From NCBI RefSeq assembly GCF_006345805.1, contig NW_021832677.1, forward strand, positions 1-30,070: a DNA stretch of 30,070 bases. The letters run 5' to 3'. Source of the stretch: Octopus sinensis. Lineage: Eukaryota. Each line of letters opens with the position of its first letter. Position 1 is the first letter of the stretch. The notes beneath the pieces were generated by a model. The model was not told the origin of the DNA. It saw only the letters and a list, made by a program, of their open reading frames with translations, and did not search any database. Shown here in pieces: positions 20,751 to 30,070 of the stretch. The position numbers and the translations under genes were made by a program.

Positions 20751-23216
20751 ACTGGGTACGCTGGAAAGTGTCAGCTGTTCACAGCCCGCAGACTAAGTTG
20801 ACGCTTATTAAATTATCATGCTTCAAGAACCCTACGAAGAATTCTTGCAGTTCCAAGTAATGCTGATTTTTGTAGGTATTCTACCTTCACACTTGCACCG
20901 ATCTTTAATTGGAGTTTTTTGTCTGGGGATTTCAATCCGTGTGTCCTTTGTTTTCTTGTAAAAGTCATGTTTAGCAATTATTCTTTGTTGGGTTTATTAG
21001 TTTCCCTTTGCTTGCTTCGAGTAGAAAAGATATATCTGCTCATAGTTGCATTATCAACCGGTTTAAAAATGCATCAATTATTAATGGCATCACGCCTACT
21101 CTCTTCAATGACCGCAATCTTCGTATTTTCCACTTCAGATCGTCATAGTTGTCTATTTTTTCTTCTTTCACATTGATCCTGTTATCTCCGGAGTATGCTA
21201 TATCGATTATAATACATGCTCTTTCTTTTTATTCACCACAACAATGTCCGGTTTCCGATGTCTGATCGGTTGATCGCACTGGATCATTGCCTCCCACAGG
21301 ATTTTGCAATCCTCATTTTCAGTGGCTTCTTCTGGGGTTTACGCATATCATATCTTTGCTATTTGTAGGCCGTGATTTCCACAGAGCTCCCAATGGATCA
21401 TTCTTGCGCATATGAGTGCTTCTGTCTCTGTATTCAGGTCACTCCTCCTCATCCATAGTCACCGGTCCTCTGTATCTCTCTTAGCGTTTACATCTCTTGC
21501 AAACTGACCGTACAGTTTTCTTCTTTCCATGCGCTTACTTTTTTGGTGTTCATTACTTGCTTAGATTTTATTTCATTTCACAATTTTCAGTTTTGATGTT
21601 ACTCTTAGTGTTACTCTTAGGGTGGAAAGCTGCGTACACTGTCAACATTTTTCTGGTTTTGGTATCTACTTTCTTCATTTCTCTCTTTTGCCATTTTATA
21701 ATTCCCCCTCCATGCCGAGGCGATGCTACCACCCACATATTAGCTTCTTGGATTTTATTTCATCTAGTCAATTTTGAGTGCAGCACCAACCTCAGTCTTC
21801 GGAAATACACCACCCACATTTGCTCTTTCATTTCATTTTCCATTTTCTCGCTGAACTCTAGTGCACCAAGGTATTTGTTTCCTTCCGTTTCAATTTGCTT
21901 AAACAAGTCTCTATTCGGCAGCTCTATCCCTGCTAGTGACTGTACTCTGCCTCTTTTTAGGTAGATTATTCCGCACTTCTTGAGGCCAAATTTCATTCCA
22001 ATATCAGTACTAAAGCAGTGGACTGTGTTCACCAAGGAACTCACTTGTGTGTCAATCTTGCCATGCAGTTTCAAATCATCCATGCAGAGGAGGTGGTTGA
22101 TTGTTTGAGATTTTCCCTTTGGTACCCCAGGCTCATTCTCCTATGTGCCAAGGTCAGGGGCTAATACGCAGATAACAATAAGTAACGGAGATAAGCTATC
22201 ACCCTGGAAAATCCTTCTTCTGATACCCAGGATGCTCAAGGTTTTTCCGTAAGATGTCTGTGCACTTTTCCACCCCACCATACTTCTCTTCAGAAAACAC
22301 GCTACATTTCTCGCAATTCCTAGAAGATCTAAGCACTCGATGACCCACGATAGTCAATCGAGGCCATTCCCGAATGTGTTCTTCTTCGTTTACAGTCTTG
22401 GATTTACCATTTTGTCTATCAATAATTGATCTTTCCTACCTCTGCGTCTCCTTCTACAGCCTTTTTCTTCCGTCGGTAATATATCGTTCTCATCAAGAAA
22501 TTTGTACAGTTCTTCTGCAGTTCCTCCTGACAGTAACTTCCTGACAGGAAATTGGTTTGTAATTGTTAGCAGCATTTTCCTTTGATGCATCCTTTAGCTA
22601 CAACACTGTTCATCCTTTTGTCAACCAGCCCGGGATTTTTTCTTTTCCATTGATCAAAGCATTAAATTGCCCTGCAATCAATTTTTGGCAACTACTGAAC
22701 TTTTTTTTTTTTATCCCAAATCCCTGTACACTATCAGGTCCTACTGCTTTCTAAATGTTTATCTTTTTACTCATATTTCTTCTCTTCAGTGAAATGGATA
22801 GCCTCTTGCTGGGGATAAGAAGCTGTTTGCTTCAGGCTGCAGAGCCATTCAGCTGTAGTATTATGTTGTTCTTGCTTACTCCATATCTTACCTCAGAAAA
22901 GTCGACTTTCATTAGTATCAGGGACTAATCTTTCACGTTTTTTATGATCAATAATCACTTAATAAAATCTCTTTTGGTCGGTTCTAAACAATTTGGTTTG
23001 CTGGTATTGCTTAATCCGTTGTTCAAACTTAGCTTTGCTTTTTTTGCATGTATGCGCTACTTCAGGGCTTCAGTTACAACATTTAGGCCTTTTGTATCAA
23101 CACCATACTTCTTTCAAACTTCTTCGAATTTCCATTCATTCTTAACTTCTCCATTGACATTACACCGTTTAAGGAGTTTTTATCTTCTGAAGTTCTCTTT
23201 TTCCACCAAGATTGTT
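20751..23216 (-). mobile_element. R4/Dong-type non-LTR retrotransposon (lineage Y), ~2.5 kb decayed RT + RLE
   Basis: RT motifs [59 protein letters not shown]; RLE RHRKPDIVVV...IIDIA; C-terminus KSALLGTARILRRVLEA*; (AAT)n tail. Many stops, frameshifts and deletions. Confidence 0.92.
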
Positions 23217-23625
23217 TACTCTTTTTTTTTACTTGTTTCAGTTATTTTGACTGCGGCCATGCTGGAGCACCGCCTTTAGTCGAGTAAATCGACCCGGGAC
23301 TTATTCTTGTAAGCCCAGTACATTCTATCGGTCTCTTTTGCCGAACCGCTAAGTGACGGGGACATAAACACACCAGCATCGGTTGTCAAGCAATGCTAGG
23401 GAGACAAACACAGACACACAAACACACATATACATATATATATATATATATATATACATATACGACAGGCTTCTTTCAGTTTCCGTCTACCAAATCCACT
23501 CACAAGGCATTGGTCGGCCCGGGGCTATAGCAGAAGACACTTGCCCAAGGTGCCACGCAGTGGGACTGAACCCGGAACCATGTGGTTGGTTAGCAAGCTA
23601 CTTACCACACAGCCACACCTGCGCC
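23217..23625 (-). mobile_element. SINE family A
   Basis: Reverse complement of the family A sequence. Confidence 0.92.
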
Positions 23626-23639
23626 TATTTATTTACTAA

Positions 23640-23979
23640 TCTAAAATAATGAAGAAACTCGCGATCTTCAGCTCGTCGTTCCGCCGAAAAGGTAATAACG
23701 GAAAAGAAAAGGGTCTATTAAATAAGGTTTGGATGCAAAACCAACAATTTTTATGGGCCCTTAAAAATCCACGAGAGCAAAACAATAAGGGACGCATGTA
23801 CAGTATCAACCTTAATGTGGAGGCGCAGGAGTGGCTGTGTGGTAAGTAGCTTGCTAACCAACCACATGGTTCCGAGTTCAGTCCCACTGCGTGGCACCTT
23901 GGGCAGTCTTCTACTATAGCCTCGGGCCGACTAAAGCCTTGTGAGTGGATTTGGTAGACGGAAACTGAAAGAAGCCCGT

Positions 23980-24014
<35 letters not shown>

Positions 24015-25731
24015 GTGCTTGTGTGTCTGTGTTTGTCCCCCTAGCATTGCTTGACAACCGATGCTGGTGTGTTTATGTCCCCGTCACTTAGCGGTTCGGC
24101 AAAAGAGACCGATAGAATAAGTACTGGGCTTACAAAGAATAAGTCCCGGGGTCGAGTTGCTCGATTAAAGGCGGTGCTCCAGCATGGCCGCAGTCAAAAT
24201 GACTGAAACAAGTAAAAAAAAAAAAAGAAAAAAGAGAAAAAGGAGAAATACCATATTCCAGAAATTTCAAATTAAGACCAATTGGAACAGACCCGTCCTG
24301 TGAGACACATAGACTCAGTAACTTTATTAACATACTTCTAAAACACATTCTGAAACATATACCGAGCTTGATAAGAGATGATTTAGACTTTCTAAACCAT
24401 CTTTCAAACAAAACCAACACAGACACTCTTTTTGTGCTATTTGATGTAGGAAATCTGTACACCACGATTCTACATGAATACAGAACAGAAGCCATACAAT
24501 TCTGACTGGGAAAGTTTTCAAGCGACCTACCTGAACGAATTGGAAAAAAGATTCGTTATTGAAGAATTAAAGTTCATCCTGCAAAAGAACTTTTTTTAAT
24601 TTCAACATCTTCATATATCTGGGACTACGATAGGTACTAAAGTAGTCCTGTTCATGCCAACCTTGTTACGGCATATTTAGAAGTCCAAATATACTCGTAA
24701 TTATAATTCGGCGATAACTTCCATAAATACCTATACACCAACTGGACGATTATTTCAACCTGTGGACACGCATTTTGAATCAACACTATAAGTTTACAGC
24801 TTTACTAAATAACATAATGGGATTCACAGCGGAATGCAGTAAAAAAACCAACCAACAAACAAACAAAAACTACCTTATTTAGTAGATATCTTAACCATAA
24901 AGAGATGTGAACTCTAAAACCATCATCTTCTCCAAACAATATCCGCTACTTTTTTCTTGCCATCCAAAGCATATGAAAATTAATATACCTTTTAACTTGG
25001 TAAGAGGAATCAGCACAATTGAATCTGATACCAAATCCCAGGAGAAAACACTTCAAGAACTTCCGAATATATTACTCGAAATACACAATCCAATAGTTTT
25101 AATCAATAACAGAATAGAACGTTAAAAAACGATAGACACCCAAGAGTTATGAAAAACAAGAAACACTCCTGATATACTCAAAACTTTACTTCATATATCA
25201 TCACACGATCCAAGAAACATAGAAAAATACAGCATCATCCATCAGATGAACGACCTACGAATGAAAAAGGCACTCAGAACGCAAAATAATTATAAGTAAA
25301 AGGTAGCCTAAGTCTTTCAAAAGACTATTTACCAGCACCAAATTATCCACTAAAAGTACAACTCCAATAGTTCAAGAGTGTAACTGTCTTAATTGCGGAA
25401 TTTGCATCAACCCCATGGAAAGTTCGACACATAAACTTAAATCAGGACAAAAATTCACCATAAAAAGTTACTTCGCCTGTGCATCAAACATTTTATATCA
25501 AATGCAGGGGGTGAAGTGAAGATTACATAGGACAAACGGGTTTAATTATGAGGGACAGAGACACCCAAATCAGAAAAATTTCAGTGAGTAAACATCTAGA
25601 TCTTTCTCCAACGAACAAACACCCATATACCAGATTTTCCTTTGATATTAATGTATCGGAAACACCTAATTTCAAGTCGGATTAAAGAAGGAAAATATAT
25701 CTATCAAGAAATATAAACCAAAACTGAATAA
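23640..25731 (+). mobile_element. Decayed Penelope-like element (RT + GIY-YIG endonuclease), split by SINE A
   Basis: FGCKTNNFYGPLKIHESK (FYGLPKIHK-like) before the SINE; KLRPIGTDPSCETHRLSNFINILLK, LFDVGNLYTTI, GTTIGTKV.P.HANL and SCHPKHMKINIPF after it; CNCLNCGIC and Y..IKCRG...DYIGQTG near 25380-25545. Heavily disrupted. Confidence 0.85.
23822..24240 (+). mobile_element. SINE family A with A-rich tail
   Basis: Aligns to 1434-1809. Confidence 0.92.
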
Positions 25732-26437
25732 CGAAACATGGTTTATTTAATCCAACGAAAAACAATAAAAATATTAAAGGAAATCAAAAGCTGAGGTAAC
25801 GGTCTTCCACCGGGATTTGAAACCCTAAGTTCAAATTACATTTTTCGATACTATATGCTGAGGTCCCTTTGGAACTGACCCACTGGAATTTGGTTTTGGT
25901 CATATCTAGACTCCCAGATGCCATTACAAATTTCTCCGACTGTGACACTTGAAAAACAAATAACTTCGTAAGGGAATCAGACGACTGGAAAGCCGACCGT
26001 CAGACAAAAACAAATGAGCAAGACATTTACTAAACAAACGATGTCCACACACAAAAAAAGGAGAAGACAACTGGAGCACTGGAATATTATTGGAAAAACA
26101 AATAATCAAAAGAGTTGATAAACAAATGACGTTTCTAGGGAGTCAATTATCCAGAACGCTGGACAACTACTGGACCAAAATAAGTGACCAGAATATGCGA
26201 TGAACAAATGGCGTATTAAAGCAATGAAGCCACCTGAAGTCTAGGCGAGAGCAAGAAAACCAAGTGACGTCTTTGTGAAACTAACCTATGAGGACTTAAA
26301 ACCTATACGAAGCAATATCGACTTCAAACATGGTTCATGTTTCCACCAGTAAAGCAATTGACGAACAATTCTCCTTCATACAACGATTTTAAAACATTTT
26401 CCTCGTATCTAATCTGTTAATATAACTTATTGCTTTA

Positions 26438-26520
26438 AAGATGGCGAACTGGCAGAATCGTTACTGCGTGAGACAAAATGCTAAACAGCATTTCTTCTAG
26501 CATCACGTTCTGAGTTAAAA
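26438..26520 (+). mobile_element. Diverged tRNA-like head of a SINE B-related element
   Basis: GGCGAACTGGCAGAATCGTTA...ACGTTCTGAGTT matches 6798-6875. Confidence 0.7.
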
Positions 26521-26548
26521 CAAATATACGTAAATCATGCATAATCAA

Positions 26549-26714
26549 GCGCAGGAGTGGCTGTGTGGTAAGTAGCTTGCTAACCAACCACATGGTTCCG
26601 GGTCCAATCCCACTGCGTGGCATCTTGGGCAAGTGTCTTCTGCTATAGCCCCGGGCCGACCAATGCCTTGTGAGTGGATTTGGTAGACGGAAACTGAAAG
26701 AAGCCTGTCGTATA

Positions 26715-26776
<62 letters not shown>

Positions 26777-26996
26777 GTATAGTGTGTGTGTGTTTGTGTG
26801 TCTGTGTTTGTCCCCCTAGCATTGCTTGACAACCGATGCTGGTGTGTTTACGTCCCCGTAACTTAGCGGTTCGGCAAAAGAGACCGATAGAATAAGTACT
26901 GGGCTTACAAAGAATAAGTCCCGGGGTCGAGTTGCTCGACTAAAGGTGGTGCTCCAGCATGGCCGCAGTCAAATGACTGAAACAAGTAAAAGAGTA
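26549..26996 (+). mobile_element. SINE family A with expanded internal (TA)n
   Basis: Aligns to 1434-1809. Confidence 0.92.
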
Positions 26997-27271
26997 AATC
27001 ATTCAGATGTTGCCAGAGGTGAATTGTTGGATGAAATGTTTAAATTTTTGAAGGCACCCATAAATACACAAACACACACGCACACGCAGGCATGCATATG
27101 TATTCAGCACTGTAATTACACACGTGATGTTGGCGATTTTTTTTCCATCTTTGGACTTTTCCCTTTCTCCTTTCCGACGAAAAAGTATACTCGGAACTCC
27201 AAACTCTCTTTTCTCCGAGCGTCAAGCTCCGTCCTCTTCTCTCCGTCTAATTTACTCGTTTATTTGAATTG

Positions 27272-27303
27272 TATGTATGTATGTATGTATGTTTGTATGT
27301 ATG

Positions 27304-27337
<34 letters not shown>

Positions 27338-27424
27338 CGTATGTGTATGTATGTGTATGTATGTATGTATGTATGTATGTATGTATGTATGTATGTATGT
27401 ATGCATATATGCATACATTTATGT
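27272..27424. repeat. (TATG)n microsatellite
   Basis: Directly visible. Confidence 0.95.
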
Positions 27425-27973
27425 CAGGTCACTTTCGAGTGCTACTGGTAACATGTAACCCAGTACAACCTGTTGCATGGTCGGGTCGTCGGCGACTAAA
27501 CCGGCAACCCCACCAAGCTTGTTTGGTGAGACGGGTGTTTATTGGACACCTGTGGGATGAAAAACAAAACCCGTCAAAGGGCGGAGGAACTCTTGAGAGT
27601 CAACGGCCATCCAATAAATGCTTTAAGGCTGTATCATGCGCGGGGACATAGAAATAATCGGACTGAACATCCGATGGTGCGGTTAAACCATTGGAAGTGA
27701 AGGACTCCTAGCCTTTGTTAGGGCATCCTTCTAGGAGAAGGTAACTCAGGTAACTGGGATAACTCCGACATAAAACCTGCGGCTCAGTGGTTACCGATGA
27801 TGTTGACTTGTTCTTCTTTTCGGATTATGGCTGCTGTTGCTTAGTGAGTGGGATTGACTCAGTGCACAGCCTTTCCTCACTTTAAAAAAATCTTCTTGCA
27901 CAGGCATTGCACGATAACAACATTGATTAAGCTTCGTGCAATGGCCATACTCGATAACGAGGGAGCAGACACC
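27425..27973 (+). mobile_element. GC-richer non-coding element G inside (TATG)n; RTE 5'-UTR-like, probably non-autonomous
   Basis: Sharp composition change with (TATG)n on both sides. The motif GGGCATCC-TTCTAGGAGAAGG-TAACTC...AAACCT resembles RTE-clade 5' regions as I recall them. No transposon-like ORF. Confidence 0.5.
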
Positions 27974-28143
27974 ATGTATGTATGTATGTATGTATGTATG
28001 TATGTATGTATGTATGTATGTATGTATGTATGTATGTATGTATGTATGTATGTATGCATGCATGCATGTATGTATGTATGTATGTATGTATGTATGTATG
28101 TATGTATGTATGTATGTTTGTTTGCACGTATGTATGTATATAT
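27974..28143. repeat. (ATGT)n microsatellite
   Basis: Directly visible. Confidence 0.95.
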
Positions 28144-28742
28144 ACCCTCTCTAACTATCTACAGGACTTCTGATTACTGGCTGTATATAGCAGCTTCAAC
28201 CAAGCGTAAATCTTGTAATATTTGATTCTCTATCTGAAGAATTCATAATAGGAGATATTTTACAAGTTTCTCTTACATGTATAATTTCGTAACTTCGTTT
28301 TGCAAATGAAACACGTGTAGTGGTGAATAAATAATACCAAATTTTATTTTCAATCTCCTGATTTGATATATATGTATATATGTTTATATAGGTATAGATA
28401 GGTATATTTGTGTACATGCATATATAACTGTATACGAACACACAGGCAGAGAGACACACGCATATTTTTTTTATGTAACAGCAGAAACACGTGTCGATCG
28501 TATCTATACCAATTATGCAATAAAAAAAAACTATGTATATATAACAGTCTCCGTATTCATTGCAATTGCTTTGGATTTACACTTACAAAAATTTTCATAA
28601 TCCAGGATTTACTCATCGGATAAATTACAGTCGGATTGCTCACCATTAGTAATCGATTAATCAATGCATTTAGCCTGAATTCGGACTGTACCCGAGTGGT
28701 CGTACGGAACCTGCCTGGATAATTTAACCCTATATACTTATT

Positions 28743-28783
<41 letters not shown>

Positions 28784-28785
<2 letters not shown>

Positions 28786-28839
28786 CTCGACTCCGTCTGT
28801 CACAAGTCTGGGCAGAAAGTCGCCTCATCGGCAAACGCA
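28784..28839 (-). mobile_element. Internally deleted tail fragment of SINE family C
   Basis: AACTCGACTCCGTC...ACAAGTCTGG...AAAGTCGCCTCATCGGC matches 12442-12540 with about 45 bp missing. Confidence 0.75.
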
Positions 28840-28865
28840 ATAATAATAATAATAATAATAATATA

Positions 28866-28897
<32 letters not shown>

Positions 28898-29053
28898 GGA
28901 GTGGCTGTGTGGTAAGTAGCTTGCTAACCAACCACATGGTTCCGGGTTCAGTCCCACTGCGTGGCATCTTGGGCAAGTGTCTTCTACTATAGCCTCGGCC
29001 GACCAATGCCTGTGAGTGGATTTGGTACGACGGAAACTGAAAGAAGCCCCGTA

Positions 29054-29105
<52 letters not shown>

Positions 29106-29343
29106 TATATATAATATATATATGTATGTGTGTGTGTGTGTTTTTGTGTCTGTGTTTGTCCCCCTAGTATTGCTTGACAACCGATGCTGGTATGTTTACG
29201 TCCCCGTCACTTAGCGATTCGGCAAAAGAGACCGATTGAATAAGTACCAGGCTTACAATGAATAAGTCCTGGGGTCAATTTGCTCTACTAAAGGCGGTGC
29301 TCCAGCATGGCCGCAGTCAAATGACTGAAACAAGTAAAAGAGA
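28898..29343 (+). mobile_element. SINE family A (more diverged) between (AAT)n tracts
   Basis: Aligns to family A with several indels; (AAT)n at 28840-28897 and 29345-29408. Confidence 0.9.
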
Positions 29344-29345
29344 AT

Positions 29346-29408
<63 letters not shown>

Positions 29409-29986
29409 CAGGGAAAGAGAAGAGAGAGAAAAGAAGGAATAAAAAATAAATCTAATAAAATAGACTAGACTACACACTACGACACATTCACTCGTCAATT
29501 ACTCATAAAATTTTAATGCAGTCAATGCAAGAAATAACACCAGAGGACTACCACGCATTTACAGACTCATGGCAGAGCCTCCACTTTTTATAAAAATTCC
29601 TCTTGCTTGCTTTCATTGTATGATCTGTTTATTTTTTTTCATCAATTAGATATCTGTATTTTAACTGGTAGACAGTTTCAAAATACACAATTTTCGCGTG
29701 GTTCTCCAATATTGATTTTTAATTGAATATATTTCAGAAAGAACTGTAATGCGTTCTATGGAAAGAATCAGCTCTCGGGTTTGAAGTCAGTTTGTTAAGT
29801 GCTATACACGAAACTTTTGGACTTTGGCTCACTTTCGCAATTTTCTGCCAATTAAAAATGAGCAAAGGAAACTGTGCGAAAGATATATATACTCATATGC
29901 AGGTATATATAAACACACAAGCACATGCATATCTGCATATCCATGTTGAGCGACGTAAATTGAGACGAGTGAGCTATGCGTTAAAT

Positions 29987-30070
29987 ATATTTCTTTACTA
30001 CCCACAAGGGGCTAAACACAGAGGGGACAAACAAGGACAGACAAGCGGATTAAGTCGATTACATCAACCC
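29987..30070 (-). mobile_element. 3' part of SINE family B, runs off the window end
   Basis: Reverse complement matches 6945-7026. Confidence 0.88.

Noticed and set aside
27000-27025. 12-nt microexon CAG|ATGTTGCCAGAG|GTGAAT
   Set aside because: The acceptor lacks a pyrimidine tract and directly follows a SINE tail; weak donor.

Overview
AT-rich, repeat-saturated eukaryotic non-coding DNA (intergenic or deep intronic). The SINE families and microsatellite spectrum look like an octopus (coleoid cephalopod) genome; this is recognition by eye, not a database result. I find no intact protein-coding gene, no rRNA or true tRNA gene and no CRISPR array; most ORFs in the track are microsatellite artefacts. 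Contents: two tandem copies of a decayed gag/ORF1-like zinc-knuckle element (1-2475); a MITE with GGATC termini and 8-bp TSDs (2 full copies, 1 half copy); two mariner relics and one full-length Tc1 (DD34E) relic; three families of tRNA-headed SINEs (labelled A, B, C here; 6 copies of A); a 6.5-kb cluster of R4/Dong-type RLE retrotransposon fragments from three lineages, plus a non-coding partner element, almost all bounded by (TAA)n; a decayed Penelope-like element (RT + GIY-YIG); and an RTE-like non-coding element inside (TATG)n. The best leads are an ORF1-only element sharing its 3' tail with SINE B, a candidate (TAA)n-targeted non-autonomous retroelement, and a Merlin-like MITE carrying telomere-type repeats and a CCAAT/CRE module. 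All alignments and translations were done by eye; coordinates of degenerate ends are approximate.
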